From contig CAWEPN010000004.1 of NCBI GenBank assembly GCA_963810975.1, positions 1,157 through 65,156 of the forward strand: a DNA stretch of 64,000 nucleotides, given 5' to 3'. The notes beneath the pieces are model-generated. The model was not told the origin of the DNA, searched no databases, and worked only from the letters and a program-made list of their open reading frames with translations. Source of the stretch: an uncultured delta proteobacterium. GTDB taxonomy: Bacteria; Desulfobacterota; Desulfuromonadia; Geobacterales; DSM-12255. Made by a program: the position numbers and the translations under genes. Shown here piece by piece: positions 1 through 10,776 of this stretch; position 1 is the first letter of the stretch, and the number at the start of each line of letters is the position of its first letter.

Positions 1-961
1 ACCGGTGCTGATGCCGAAGGCGGAGACGGCGAACCAGGCGCCGATCAGAAACAGGCCGGCGCCGATAAAGGTCGAGTTGCGCAGGGCGGCTGCCGGATCG
101 CCGTTTTTCAGGATGTTCATGGAAAGAATACCGACCAGAGAAGCGAGCAGGCCGACAACCGCCAAGAAGGATCGGCAGGAACATCAGGCTGGCCTGGGTG
201 CCGCCCAGTGTTGCCAGGGTGCTGACGCTGGCCGTGGCGGCAATGGCAATGGTGGCGATAATCGCACCGACATAGGATTCAAAAATGTCCGCGCCCATGC
301 CGGCGATGTCGCCGACGTTGTCGCCGACGTTGTCGGCAATGACGCCGGGATTGCGCGGGTCATCCTCGGGGATGCCGGCTTCGATCTTGCCGACCAGGTC
401 GGAGCCGACGTCGGCTGCCTTGGTGAAAATGCCGCCGCCAACGCGGGCAAAGAGTGCAATTGAGGATGCGCCCATGGCAAAGCCGTTGATGTATTGAGAG
501 GTCTGCGGGTCACCCCAGACGATAAAGGCAATGCCGACACCGATCAGACCGAGGCTGGCAACTGCCAGTCCCATGACCGACCCGCCGCTGTAGGAAACCA
601 TCAGCGCTGCGGCAATGCCTTTGCTGCGGGCAGCTTCAGAGGTTCTCACATTGGCCTTGGTGGCGGCCTGCATGCCGAAAAAACCGGCAAAGATCGAACA
701 GAGGGCGCCGCCCAGAAAGGCAACACCAGTGCGCCAGCCAAGCGAAGGGGCAAGCAGCATCAAGCCGAATACAACCACCATGAAAATGGCAAGAACCTTG
801 TACTCCCGCTTGAGGAAGGCCATTGCGCCCTTATGGATTTCCTCGGAAATCTCGACCATTTTCTCGTTGCCGGCAGGTTGGGACTTTATGTAGTTGTAGA
901 TCACGAAAGCGATTACCAACCCCACAACCCCCAAGATTGGTGCTAGTATCTGCAGTTGCAT
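1..961 (-). CDS. hppA: Membrane H+/Na+-translocating pyrophosphatase, N-terminal part (start codon at 961, gene runs off the window start)
   Basis: Reverse-strand translation from ATG at 961 gives MQLQILAPILGVVGLVIAFVIYNYIKSQPAGNEKMVEISEEIHKGAMAFLKREYK... Multiple TM helices and the conserved ANVRT and GG motifs typical of V-type PPases. Not in the ORF track because there is no stop inside the window. Confidence 0.85.
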   Translation of the reverse strand, partial: MQLQILAPILGVVGLVIAFVIYNYIKSQPAGNEKMVEISEEIHKGAMAFLKREYKVLAIFMVVVFGLMLLAPSLGWRTGVAFLGGALCSIFAGFFGMQAATKANVRTSEAARSKGIAAALMVSYSGGSVMGLAVASLGLIGVGIAFIVWGDPQTSQYINGFAMGASSIALFARVGGGIFTKAADVGSDLVGKIEAGIPEDDPRNPGVIADNVGDNVGDIAGMGADIFESYVGAIIATIAIAATASVSTLATLGGTQASLMFLPILLGGCRPARFSGRYSFHEHPEKRRSGSRPAQLDLYRRRPVSDRRLVRRLRLRHQHR

Positions 962-1333
962 TGACTGTTTCCTCCCGCTTGCTTAGTTGTAATCTCGTGA
1001 AAACGAACTGAAAAATGGATGCTATATTCAAAAATAACCAACATTAATCCGTAATTTTTAATGGATTTACCTTCTCGTGTCAACCATCAATTGGAAATTG
1101 CCCTCATTATTTATTGGATATTTTGAGACAGTCAGCAGAATTAAAGAAATCAAAATCTTGTATCAAATTAATTCTCTGCTATAATGCAATTTTCCAGTGG
1201 TGGAATAGGGCCTTGAGTTTTTTTCACTAACAGGTTATTTACAAATATTCGGCCTTTAATGAGCCAAATAGTCAATCTGTAGCAGTTTAATCGGATTGAC
1301 ATAGCTGCTAATAAATGCAATAAGGTGGCAATT

Positions 1334-1825
1334 ATGAAAGAGCACATTCTGATCAATAGCAATCAGTTCGTATCCTTAAAACTGAAACTTATGGAGGAGC
1401 GATGCCGGAATAACGGTCTCTCTTTGACTAATCAACGGCGGGCTATTCTTGAGAACCTCTCATCACGCAATGATCATCCGACTGCTGATCAGATTTTTGC
1501 GGCGGTTCAGGACAAAATCGCCGGTGTTTCAAGGACTACGGTCTACCGGGTTCTGGAGACATTCGTGCAGCTCGGACTGGCACAGAAGATCAGTAACCCT
1601 GAAGCCAAGGCACGCTTTGACGCCGATACTTCCAGGCATCACCATGCTTCCTGTGTTATGTGTGAAAAGGTTATTGATATAGCTGGTTCGGTTCTTCCTG
1701 ATATTGACCTGAGTAAGGCGGATCTGAAAGGTTTTGAGGTTTTCGACTGCTCAGTGGTTGCAGTAGGGCTTTGCCAGGATTGCAGAAGTAAAGACGGCGT
1801 TGGCCGTTCGTACAAATTCAACTGA
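1334..1825 (+). CDS. Fur-family metalloregulator, likely the peroxide sensor PerR given the operon context
   Basis: Fur-family winged helix (LTNQRRAILENL...TVYRVLETFVQLGL) with C-terminal Cys/His metal site. RBS AAGGTGG 5 nt upstream of the ATG at 1334 (the track ORF starts at a GTG at 1325). Directly upstream of rubredoxin, flavodiiron and Dfx genes. Confidence 0.8.
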   Translation: MKEHILINSNQFVSLKLKLMEERCRNNGLSLTNQRRAILENLSSRNDHPTADQIFAAVQDKIAGVSRTTVYRVLETFVQLGLAQKISNPEAKARFDADTSRHHHASCVMCEKVIDIAGSVLPDIDLSKADLKGFEVFDCSVVAVGLCQDCRSKDGVGRSYKFN

Positions 1826-1838
1826 AAAGGGGTGCACT

Positions 1839-1952
1839 ATGAAAAAATGGAGATGTGTTGTCTGTGACTATATTCATGAAGGTGACGAACCACCCGAAAC
1901 ATGTCCTGTCTGCGGCGTGGGAAGTGATCAGTTTGAAGAGATAACAGACTAA
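1839..1952 (+). CDS. Mini rubredoxin-like protein (37 aa, two CxxC knuckles)
   Basis: MKKWRCVVCDYIHEGDEPPETCPVCGVGSDQFEEITD. CxxC...CPxCG spacing typical of rubredoxin. Below the ORF-track size cutoff. Sits between the regulator and the flavodiiron gene. Confidence 0.7.
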   Translation: MKKWRCVVCDYIHEGDEPPETCPVCGVGSDQFEEITD

Positions 1953-1993
1953 CATTGCTGAAAAATTGTATCTACTGAAAAGGACTACTTAAA

Positions 1994-3208
1994 ATGAAGG
2001 CTGTTGAACTAAAGAAAGATGTTTATTGGGTAGGGGCGTTAGACTGGGCGGTAAGAGATTTTCACGGCTATGAAACTCCACGCGGCACTTCATATAACAA
2101 TTATCTTGTTCTTGATGATGAAATTACCTTGATTGATACGGTAAAGTACGATTTTGCCGAAATAACCATCAAGAATATTATGGGCATTGTTGATCCTGCC
2201 AGAATAAAAAACGTTATCATAAATCATATTGAAAACGACCATGTAACGAGCCTTGACCGGATAATGGCCTATGCCCCTGATGCAACCATCTACATAACCG
2301 AAAAGGGGCGGCGCGGACTGGAGAGGTTTTTCGATCTTGATCAGTGGAAAGTAAAAACCGTCAAGAGCGGCGATACTCTCTGTACGGGGAAAAAAACCTT
2401 CAGATTCATAGAGACGCCGATGCTCCACTGGCCGGACTCCATGGTCACTTACCTGCATGAAGACAAGATCCTCTTTACGCAGGATGCTTTCGGTCAGCAT
2501 ATAGCCTCTTCCGGACGCTTTGACGACGAGTTTGTGGCTGAGTATTCCGATGCTGATCTTGAAGATGCAGTCATAGAATATTATGCAAACATTCTGATGC
2601 CGTTTGGTCAGATGATTAAGATGAAGATTGCCGAAATCGAGAACAGTGGGCTTGAGGTAGATATCGTTGCCCCTGACCACGGGGTCATCTGGAGAAAAGA
2701 TCCCGGCAAAGTATTCAGAATGTACCTGGACATGGCCAACGGCAAAGCAGATCTGTCTGTTGTCATCGTTTATGACACCATGTGGCAGAGTACGGAAAAA
2801 ATGATAGTGCCGATAAGCGAAGGGATAAGGGACGAAGGCGTCGGTGTCAAGATTATCAAGCTGCGCGCAACACCGACGAGTGTTGCCATCAAGGAGTTCT
2901 GGAAGGCACGAGGGGCGTTGATCGGTTCACCGACGCTCAATAATATCACTTATCCGTCTGTGGCCGAGTTTCTGACCCATCTGCGCGGACTGCGCCCGAA
3001 AAACCGTCTGGTCGGGGCGTTTGGCAGCTACGGTTGGGGGGGCGGCGCAGTCAAGGAGATTTACGAGGATTTCAAGCGGATGGGGCTTGATGCAGTGGAA
3101 CCAGGATTACAGATACTTTATAAGCCATCTATAATAGATGAAGAGACCTGTTTTAAGTTCGGGAAAGATTTTGCACAGAAGGTCATCGAATTTCACAACA
3201 AATTTTGA
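1994..3208 (+). CDS. Flavodiiron protein (rubredoxin:oxygen/NO oxidoreductase, FprA/ROO family)
   Basis: Metallo-beta-lactamase-like diiron domain with HxExDH motif (NHIENDH), followed by a flavodoxin-like domain. 404 aa. Confidence 0.88.
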   Translation: MKAVELKKDVYWVGALDWAVRDFHGYETPRGTSYNNYLVLDDEITLIDTVKYDFAEITIKNIMGIVDPARIKNVIINHIENDHVTSLDRIMAYAPDATIYITEKGRRGLERFFDLDQWKVKTVKSGDTLCTGKKTFRFIETPMLHWPDSMVTYLHEDKILFTQDAFGQHIASSGRFDDEFVAEYSDADLEDAVIEYYANILMPFGQMIKMKIAEIENSGLEVDIVAPDHGVIWRKDPGKVFRMYLDMANGKADLSVVIVYDTMWQSTEKMIVPISEGIRDEGVGVKIIKLRATPTSVAIKEFWKARGALIGSPTLNNITYPSVAEFLTHLRGLRPKNRLVGAFGSYGWGGGAVKEIYEDFKRMGLDAVEPGLQILYKPSIIDEETCFKFGKDFAQKVIEFHNKF

Positions 3209-3228
3209 CCTACCAAGGAGGAACGAAA

Positions 3229-3609
3229 ATGGCAAAGGTTCTTGAAGTCTACAAATGCGACATCTGCGGTAACATTGTTGAGCTGTTCATCTCGGGCGGC
3301 GGTCCTCTGGCCTGTTGCGGTGCGCCGATGCAACTGTTGGGAGAGAATACCGTTGATGCTTCCAAAGAAAAGCATGTACCGGTTATTGAGAAAGGTGATG
3401 GCAATGCTACAGTCAAGGTCGGCAGTGTGCCGCACCCGATGGAAGAGGCCCACTACATCCAGTGGATCGAAGTGATTGACGGTGACAAGATTTCAAGAAA
3501 GATGCTCAAACCGGGTGAAGCTCCTGAAGCTACCTTCTGCGTCAAGTCTGACAAGGTGGTTGCCCGGGAGTACTGCAATCTCCACGGCCTTTGGAAGGCG
3601 GAAGCATAG
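3229..3609 (+). CDS. dfx: Desulfoferrodoxin (2Fe superoxide reductase)
   Basis: N-terminal desulforedoxin motif CDICGNIVE...CCG plus a C-terminal neelaredoxin-like domain. AGGAGG RBS 8 nt upstream of the ATG at 3229 (the track ORF starts earlier, at 3205). Confidence 0.85.
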   Translation: MAKVLEVYKCDICGNIVELFISGGGPLACCGAPMQLLGENTVDASKEKHVPVIEKGDGNATVKVGSVPHPMEEAHYIQWIEVIDGDKISRKMLKPGEAPEATFCVKSDKVVAREYCNLHGLWKAEA

Positions 3610-3645
3610 ACGTACACAGTTTGGCTGACGTTGTATGACCGATCC

Positions 3646-3676
3646 GGGGGAGCTTTCTGCTCCCCCTGTTTTTTAC
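3646..3676 (+). terminator. Rho-independent terminator after dfx
   Basis: GGGGGAGC-TTTCT-GCTCCCCC hairpin followed by TGTTTTTT. Confidence 0.75.
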
Positions 3677-3688
3677 GCGGATTACACT

Positions 3689-4949
3689 ATGCTCCTCAAA
3701 TATGGCGAAAAATCTTTTATCTGTAACCTTCCACCAGTGAATCTGCTCGGGTTGATAAAGGCTGCGTCCGCTGCGGATCAATCTTCGCCGGAAGAGCAGA
3801 TCAATATTGCTCTTGATAACTGTCAGCAGCAGATCTCAAACATAAAACCTTCTGAAGATGTCGTCATTGTTGCTTCAGATATCACCCGTTACAGCGGCAG
3901 TGAGATCTTTATGCCAATGCTGGTGGAGCGGCTTAATGAAGTTGGCGTTGTCGACAGCGCCATCACAATTGTTATCGCTCTCGGGATTCATCGCCAACAG
4001 ACAGAAACGGAACATCGCCGCATAATCGGCTCTCTCTATGGCAGAGTAAAAGTTATTGATCACGACTGTGACGATCCGGGCAAATTGGTGACCGTTGGCG
4101 TCACGACCTGTGGTATTGAAGTCTCGCATCAACCGGACTGTTGCCGAGGCAGATCATCTCATTCTGACCGGAACAATCGGCTTTCACTACTTTGCCGGGT
4201 TTAGTGGCGGGCGTAAAAGCATCCTCCCGGGGGTCTCCAGTCGCGCTGCCTGCATGGCAAGCCACTTCAATGTTCTCAACCCCGGCGAAGGAAACGGCAA
4301 GAACAGTTTTGCCGTTACCGGCAATCTTGACAACAATCCGGTGCACAGCGCAATGGTCGAGGCCTGCGCTATGGTAAAGCCTGATTTTATTCTCAACACA
4401 GTGCTGTCGCCGGACAAACAGATAATCGCAGCCTTTGCAGGACACTGGCAGGATGCACATGAAGCAGGCTGTCGCTATTATGCTGAAAACTTTGCCTATC
4501 CATTGAAAGAGAAGGCTGATTTGGCAGTTGTCTCCTGCGGCGGTTTTCCGAAGGATATAAACCTGATCCAGGCGCACAAGTCGATGGAGTATGGCAGTCA
4601 AGCGTTGAAAGATGGCGGAGTTATGATACTCCTTGCCGAGTGCCGGGACGGCTACGGCAATGCAACATTTTTCAACTGGTTTCGTTTCAGGGATCTTCCT
4701 TCGTTTGAGAGCAGGCTGCGCAGCCATTACGAAATCAACGGTCAGACGGCATATTCCCTGTTGCAGAAGGCGCTTCGCTTCCGTATCATTCTGGTTTCCA
4801 CGTTGCCACCGGAAGAGGTCCGGACAATGCGGATGATCCCGGCAGCGACGCTTGATGAGGCGCTGCAGATGGCAAAGGAAATGCTGCCGGACGATTTTAC
4901 GGCGTACGTTATTCCGGAAGGCGGAACGGTGCTGCCGGTCAAGATTTAA
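3689..4949 (+). CDS. LarA-family (DUF2088, nickel-pincer lactate-racemase-like) protein, split by a frameshift near 4128
   Basis: N-terminal MLLKYGEKS... and the LarA signature ADHLILTGTIGFHYFAGFSGGRKSILPGV. The two track ORFs (3635-4204 and 4095-4949) are contiguous in homology (..TTCGIEV | INRTVAEADHLIL..) and differ by a 1-nt frame change. Confidence 0.7.
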
Positions 4950-4950
4950 T

Positions 4951-5063
4951 TGAAACAATTCAGAGCAACTGAGCAACAGAGATAAAATTTGAGTATTTTT
5001 TTGAGTAATCGAGTTTTGTTCCCTATTTTGAGGGTTTCTCCGTTGCTCGTTGCTCTGTGTTCG
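4951..5063. repeat. CACAGAG-type palindromic intergenic element, copy 1
   Basis: Left arm CAGAGCAACTGAGCAACAGAGA and right arm TCTCCGTTGCTCGTTGCTCTGTG are imperfect inverted repeats separated by about 50 nt. Confidence 0.7.
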
Positions 5064-5082
5064 AAAAGAGGTTTGAATAAAA

Positions 5083-6420
5083 ATGATCGAAAAAAGAATC
5101 ATCGATGAACTGAAAAAGATAGTCGGAACTGACAACGTGGCGACCGACCTCCAGGATCTTATCTGCTACGGCTATGATGCCACCCAGATGGAGTTCCTGC
5201 CTGACGCGGTTGTTCATCCCGGTTCGCCGGAAGAGATTGCTGCTGTCCTGAAGCTGGCCAACGCAGAAAAATTCCCGGTGTTTCCGCGTGGCGCCGGGAG
5301 CGGCTTTACCGGTGGGGCCCTGGCAAAAGGTGGCGGCGTCGTCCTTGTGGTAACACGGCTTGACAGGATTTTGCGGATCGATACCGAGAACCTTATTGCC
5401 GAAGTGGAACCGGGTGTTGTTACCGAGCAGTTCCAGCTTGCGGTTGAAAAGCTGGGGCTTTTTTATCCGCCGGATCCTGCTTCGCTCAAGTTTTCCACGC
5501 TTGGCGGCAATGTGGCCGAGAATGCCGGCGGACCGCGCTGCGTCAAATATGGCGTAACCAGGGATTTCGTCATGGGGTTGGAGATTGTGCTTCCTACCGG
5601 AGAGATCATCCGTACCGGCGGCGAGACCTACAAGGGGGTGGTCGGTTACGACATGACCCGTCTTCTCTGCGGTTCCGAGGGGACTCTCGGTGTAATCACC
5701 AAGATCATCTTCAAACTGCTGCCGCTGCCGGAAGCAAAGAAGACCATGCTGACGATATTCGATTCGATTGATGGAGCGGCTAAAGCGGTTTCATCAATTA
5801 TCGGCAACAAGATCATTCCGACAACCCTGGAATTTATGGATTATGCCACCCTGAAGTGTGTCAATAATCGCTTTAATCTCGGAATTCCGGAAAGTGGCCG
5901 TGCCGTCCTTATAATCGAAGTGGACGGCGATTATGATCTGATTGAGAAGCAGGCGGCCAGAATCCAGGAGATCATCGCCCCGCTCGGGCTGGTAGAGTGC
6001 AAAATTGCCAAAGATGCGGCCGAGTCGGAAGCCCTCTGGAAAGTGAGGCGGCTTGTCTCTCCCTCTCTGCGGGATGTGAACCCTGACAAGTTCAACGAAG
6101 ATGTCGTGGTGCCACGTTCCAAGGTGCCGGAGATTATCCGGGTCATAGAAAAAATACAGCAGAAGTACGATATTCCGATTGTCAACTTCGGCCATGCCGG
6201 CGACGGCAATATCCATGTAAATGTGATGATCGACAAGAACGTTCCCGGCATGGAGGCAAAGGCTCATGAAGCTATTGCCGAAGTTTTTCAGGCGGCGCTT
6301 GATCTGAATGGCACCATGTCAGGCGAGCATGGCGTTGGTTTGGCGAAGCAGCCTTATATTCACCTGGAGCTGAAACCGGCGCAGGTAGCGGCAATGCAGG
6401 CGATCAAGCAGCGCGCTTGA
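5083..6420 (+). CDS. FAD-linked oxidase, GlcD-like (glycolate oxidase / D-lactate dehydrogenase subunit)
   Basis: FAD-binding PCMH domain (PRGAGSGFTGGA) and a C-terminal FAD-oxidase domain. 445 aa. Confidence 0.85.
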   Translation: MIEKRIIDELKKIVGTDNVATDLQDLICYGYDATQMEFLPDAVVHPGSPEEIAAVLKLANAEKFPVFPRGAGSGFTGGALAKGGGVVLVVTRLDRILRIDTENLIAEVEPGVVTEQFQLAVEKLGLFYPPDPASLKFSTLGGNVAENAGGPRCVKYGVTRDFVMGLEIVLPTGEIIRTGGETYKGVVGYDMTRLLCGSEGTLGVITKIIFKLLPLPEAKKTMLTIFDSIDGAAKAVSSIIGNKIIPTTLEFMDYATLKCVNNRFNLGIPESGRAVLIIEVDGDYDLIEKQAARIQEIIAPLGLVECKIAKDAAESEALWKVRRLVSPSLRDVNPDKFNEDVVVPRSKVPEIIRVIEKIQQKYDIPIVNFGHAGDGNIHVNVMIDKNVPGMEAKAHEAIAEVFQAALDLNGTMSGEHGVGLAKQPYIHLELKPAQVAAMQAIKQRA

Positions 6421-6473
6421 TCCGAATAATATACTGAATCCGGGGAAAATGTTTCCAGATCAGAAGCATAGTC

Positions 6474-6591
6474 AAACAGCTTCACAGAGACACAGAGAAC
6501 AGGCAACTGAGAAACACCTAGATCTTTAGGTTTTGGCTTAAGCGCTGTAATCTTTTGATTCCTCTGTGCTCTCTGTGTCTCTGTGTTTCAT
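6474..6591. repeat. CACAGAG-type palindromic intergenic element, copy 2
   Basis: TTCACAGAGACACAGAGAACAGGCAACTGAGAAACACC ... loop ... CCTCTGTGCTCTCTGTGTCTCTGTGTTTCAT. Confidence 0.75.
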
Positions 6592-6623
6592 AAAGGTTTT
6601 TGGATTATATATGAATAATTCCG

Positions 6624-7891
6624 ATGTTTAAAAAGAGTTGAACAGGAACTGAAAAAATGCGTCAAGTGCGGTGCCTGTAGGGCTAACTGTCCTGCCTTTG
6701 CCGCCTTCGGCAAGGAACCGGCTGTTGCCCGAGGCAAGTTGGCGCTTTGCCAGCATCTGCTCAAAGGTGATATCGAACTTGATGATGCTACCTACTCGGC
6801 CATGTCAAAATGCCTGCTCTGCGGTAACTGCGTCGACAAATGCCCCAACAGCGTGCCGACTGACGAGATCGTCATGGTTGCCCGCGAAGCGCTTGCCAAA
6901 AAACGTGGACTGACGACATTTCATGCCGCAGTCGGTCAGGTCATTCAGAATCGTACCCTGATGAAGTTCGGCGCATGCGGCCGGCAGAATTCTCGGCCCG
7001 CTCTTCTTTAAAAAAGTGCCGGAAACATCCGGACTTCGGCTCCGCTTTCCGCTGCCCTTCCTCGGTAACAAGCGCAATATACCCCCCCTGGCAAAGAAGC
7101 CTTTTCTGGAGCGTCATCCGGAAGTAATCCAGGGCGAACCGGGCAAACCGCGCATTGTTTTCTTTGTCGGCTGCATGACCAATTTCTGCTATCCGCAGAT
7201 TGGTGAAGCTGCTCTGGCGCTTTTCCGGCATCTCGGCTGTACGGTTATCATCCCGAAGGGGCAGCAGTGCTGCGGTCTGCCCGGAATGTCCGGCGGTGAT
7301 CTGGATACCGTTCGCGGCCTTGCGGAGAAGAACCTGATCGAATTGGAACGCTACGAAGCGGATTACATCATGAGCGCCTGCGCCACCTGCGGCGGGGCGC
7401 TCCACAAGTTCTACCCGAATCTGATCGGCAAACGTCACCCCGAACTGGCGGCCCGATTGAAAGCAATCGCCGAAAAAACTGTTGATGCCTCCCAGTTGCT
7501 CCACAAGCTGGGGTTGAATCCTGAGGAGACCGGCGGCGGACGTGACGTGAAGATAACCTACCATGATCCATGCCACCTCAAGACGCGAGGAATAATCAGT
7601 CAGCCGCGTGAACTTCTCCGGGGGACTCCGGGAGTGGAACTCACGGAGATGGAGGGGGCTGACAAATGCTGCGGTCTTGGCGGCACCTTCAATGTGTATC
7701 ACTATGAATCATCCATGAAGATAAATGCCGGCAAGAGCGCCGCTATCATCAAAACCGGCGCAGAAGCTGTCGCCACAGGCTGTCCCGGCTGTATGATGCA
7801 GCTCTCCGATGGGTTGAAGCAGGCGGGTAGTGCCATCAAGGTCATTCATACGCTGGAAGTGCTTGCGAGAAAGATTCGTAACAAGCGCTGA
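6624..7891 (+). CDS. GlcF-like Fe-S oxidoreductase (two 4Fe-4S ferredoxin motifs plus two CCG domains), interrupted by two apparent frameshifts
   Basis: The ATG at 6624 (MFKK) is out of frame with the body CVKCGACRANCP...CLLCGNCVDKCP. Removing one A from the A5 run at 6627-6631 restores MFKRVEQELKKCVKCGAC. A second frame change near 6975 joins the C-terminal part (CCG motifs CCGLPG, CCGLGG). Confidence 0.7.
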
Positions 7892-7920
7892 TTATATAGA
7901 TGTGCTGATTATATAGATGA

Positions 7921-7949
7921 GTGACCCGAGAAGTTTTCGGGTCACTTTC
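7921..7949 (+). terminator. Hairpin terminator candidate after the glcDF-like genes
   Basis: GTGACCCGAGAAG-TTT-TCGGGTCAC then TTTCG. Preceded by a tandem duplication GCTGATTATATAGATG x2. Confidence 0.45.
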
Positions 7950-8090
7950 GCATTCCTTCCGCAGTTTAAAGATTCTTTCCCACCTGAAGTACCGCTAAAT
8001 TTCCTCGATCGTAACTCCCCACAAATAATCATTGACAGCTTCACCCTAAATCAGTATTTTTAGCCGCAATAAAAACTGGTTTTATTCTTA

Positions 8091-8678
8091 ATGTATACGG
8101 TGGTCAATTTATCTATGTCAGAATACAATATCGGCGCAAAAATAAAGAAGCTTCGTCTTGCGAAAAAACTGACTCTTCAGGCTGTTGCCAGAGAGACGGG
8201 CTTCTCTCCGGCGCTCATCTCCCAGATCGAAAATAATAATGTTTCCCCTCCGATTGCGACCCTTTCGAAAATCGCCAAATTTTTTGATGTAAAGATTGGT
8301 ATTTTCTTTAACGAGGATGAAGAGGAGTGCCGCTACGAGGTTGTCCGTAAAGCGGAGCGGAAGCTCATCCCCCGTGTCATCTCCCGCGCCGGGACGAGTC
8401 AGGGGTACTCGTATGAGTCCCTCTCTTTCCGGAAACAGAACAAGAAGATGGAGCCTTTCCTTCTTTCAGTGACTGAAAGAGTCGCCGAAGAGAATACCTA
8501 TAGTCACGATGGCGAAGAGTTTCTTTTTGTGATGAAGGGGAATGCAGAGCTGTTGCTTGAGGATGAGCGGATACAGCTTGGAGCGGAAGACTGTGTCTAT
8601 TTCGATTCATCTCTGCGTCATCGCCTCCTTTCAAGGGATGGCGAAGAGGTCAGTGTTCTTGCTGTAGTTACCCGGTAG
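8091..8678 (+). CDS. XRE-family HTH plus cupin-domain transcriptional regulator
   Basis: N-terminal HTH_XRE (LRLAKKLTLQAVARETGFSPALISQIENN) and a C-terminal cupin fold. Alternative ATG at 8115. Confidence 0.75.
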   Translation: MYTVVNLSMSEYNIGAKIKKLRLAKKLTLQAVARETGFSPALISQIENNNVSPPIATLSKIAKFFDVKIGIFFNEDEEECRYEVVRKAERKLIPRVISRAGTSQGYSYESLSFRKQNKKMEPFLLSVTERVAEENTYSHDGEEFLFVMKGNAELLLEDERIQLGAEDCVYFDSSLRHRLLSRDGEEVSVLAVVTR

Positions 8679-8911
8679 TTTCCGTCCGGAAAGGGTGCTT
8701 TTTCGCCCTGGCGGTGTCAATCTGCGGTCTTGCTTGTGCGGCGTACAGTAGTACGCCTCCGCGCAATTCCTTGATTTCCTTGCCAGGACAAAAAATCCCC
8801 GCTTTCCGATCCGGAAACTGCCAGTTTCTCATCCGGAGTATCCGGATGGATACCGGTAGTCAGTGACACCAATCAGATAGTACCAAATCCAACGAATGGA
8901 AGGGTGAAAAG

Positions 8912-10636
8912 ATGTCCAAAGCAGCTATCAGACCACTACTGAAAAATCCGTTTGATCCACCCGAGAAGGTCGAGTTCACAATTCCGGGGGAGATATCCCG
9001 GATAACAGGCGGCTATGAAGAGGCGATGAAGGAAGGCTATGACCTGATCCAGCGCCCGATCAAGTCGGTGAAAATCGAACAGATCGAAAAGCAGCACTTC
9101 AAGAAGCGTATGACCGTCTGGGAACGGTTGTCAGTTCTTTCCGGGGAATCTCCCAATGTTCTTTACCAGAACTGGGGGAAAAATCTTGACGGTGCCTCTC
9201 TTGTCACTGCGATTCTCAATATCGGTGGTCGTGATGTAGCTGTTTACGGGCACGACTTCACGGTCCGCGCCGGTTCAATTGATGCAACCAACGGCAGCAA
9301 ACTTGCCAAGCTCTTTAATCTGGCTGCCGCAAAGGGTATCCCGGTCATCGGCATGAACGATTCGGCCGGTGCTTTTGTGCCTGCCGGGGTCGGTGGTCTT
9401 GACGGTTATGCCGAGGCATTTACCGCCTTGCGCAAGATGAGCGGCGTCGTCCCGTCAATTATGTGCATGTTCGGCTTCAATGCCGGCGGCGGCAGTTATC
9501 TCCCCCGTCAGGGAAGCTTTGTCATTCAGCCTAACGACACCTTTTTCGGCCTCACCGGTCCGGGCGTTGTAAAATCTGTTCTCGGCGAGGATGTTACTCC
9601 GGAAGAGCTTGGTGGCCCGAAGGTCCACGGTAAATCCGGCGTTGCCGACCTTACCGTTACCGACGAGGTGGCCGCGCTGCGCACAGCAGTCCGCCTGCTC
9701 TCCTACCTGCCCGACAACAACAGTGTCGCTGCTCCGTTTCAGGAGACCAGTGATCCGCTCGACAGAAAAACCTGGGAGATCAACACTCTCCTTAAGAAAG
9801 CATTCAACTCGCCGACAGGTTTCAATACCCCTTTCGACGTCTCCATCATCATTCAGCAGATCTGCGACCACGGCGATTACTTTGAGCTGCAACCGGAGCG
9901 CGCCAAAGAGGTTGTTACTGCCTTTGGCCGTCTGGCTGGCAATGTAGTCGGCTTTGTTGCCAATAACTCTGCCGTTTCTTCGGGGCAGATAGACTGCGAC
10001 TCCGCAGTCAAGATTGCCCGTTTTGTCCGCTTCTGCAACATTTACAACATTCCGATCATCTTTATGGAGGACACCACCGGCTTCCTCCCGGGACGTGAGC
10101 AGGAAGCCCGCGGCATTGTTCAGGCCGGTCGCTCGATGCTTGATTCCATCGTTGATGTCCGTACTCCTCGAATTCTCTTGATCCTCCGTAATGCTTACGG
10201 TGGCGCATACGCTTCCTACAATAACTATCCGACCGGCGCAGACCTTGTCCTTGCTTTGCCGACAACCCGGCTTGCTGTTATGGGCCCGGCAGGCAAAGAG
10301 TTTGTCTACAAGGATGAAGTTCGCAAGATGCGTGCTACTGCAGCTGATATGGTTAAGAAAGGCGCGGCTGAGCGAACCGCTGCCGGTATGGACGGTGCTG
10401 CCGCCAGAAAGGATGCTGAGAGAGAGTCGGCTGAATGGCTCAAGGTTCAGGAAGGAGCACTTAATCTGCGTTACGAAAAAGAGCTCATGAATCCGAAAGA
10501 GGGCCTTGCTCTCGGGTCAATCTCTTCGATTGTCATGCCGACAGACCTGCGCAAGGTTCTTGGTGAAAATATGAGCTTCCTGCTCCGCCACTACAAGGCG
10601 TGCCCGATGGGTGGAGTGCAGAGGGAGTTCCATTAG
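8912..10636 (+). CDS. Acyl-CoA carboxyltransferase subunit (PccB/MmdA/GcdA family)
   Basis: 574 aa with tandem crotonase-like carboxyltransferase domains. Confidence 0.8.
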   Translation: MSKAAIRPLLKNPFDPPEKVEFTIPGEISRITGGYEEAMKEGYDLIQRPIKSVKIEQIEKQHFKKRMTVWERLSVLSGESPNVLYQNWGKNLDGASLVTAILNIGGRDVAVYGHDFTVRAGSIDATNGSKLAKLFNLAAAKGIPVIGMNDSAGAFVPAGVGGLDGYAEAFTALRKMSGVVPSIMCMFGFNAGGGSYLPRQGSFVIQPNDTFFGLTGPGVVKSVLGEDVTPEELGGPKVHGKSGVADLTVTDEVAALRTAVRLLSYLPDNNSVAAPFQETSDPLDRKTWEINTLLKKAFNSPTGFNTPFDVSIIIQQICDHGDYFELQPERAKEVVTAFGRLAGNVVGFVANNSAVSSGQIDCDSAVKIARFVRFCNIYNIPIIFMEDTTGFLPGREQEARGIVQAGRSMLDSIVDVRTPRILLILRNAYGGAYASYNNYPTGADLVLALPTTRLAVMGPAGKEFVYKDEVRKMRATAADMVKKGAAERTAAGMDGAAARKDAERESAEWLKVQEGALNLRYEKELMNPKEGLALGSISSIVMPTDLRKVLGENMSFLLRHYKACPMGGVQREFH

Positions 10637-10644
10637 AAGACTAC

Positions 10645-10735
10645 AAACACGGAGCACAGAAGTCAAGTAGACAAGCGAGTTGAAGTATAAAGCACTGCTT
10701 TTTCTGACTGTTCTCCTGTTCTCCGTGTGCTACTG
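10645..10735. repeat. CACAGAG-type palindromic intergenic element, copy 3 (short)
   Basis: AACACGGAGCACAGAAG ... CTCCTGTTCTCCGTGTGCT. Confidence 0.55.
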
Positions 10736-10776
10736 TAATTCTAGATAAATATTATTATCTTTGGAGATAGAGACCA

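Noticed and set aside
4101-5135. 344-aa ORF on the minus strand
   Set aside because: It is antisense to the LarA-like gene, low complexity and has no homology pattern. High GC third-position bias on the opposite strand produces long spurious ORFs. The same applies to 6941-7702, 12490-13416, 14981-15628, 23707-24489, 33149-33652, 37598-38230, 44129-44647 and 48711-49526.
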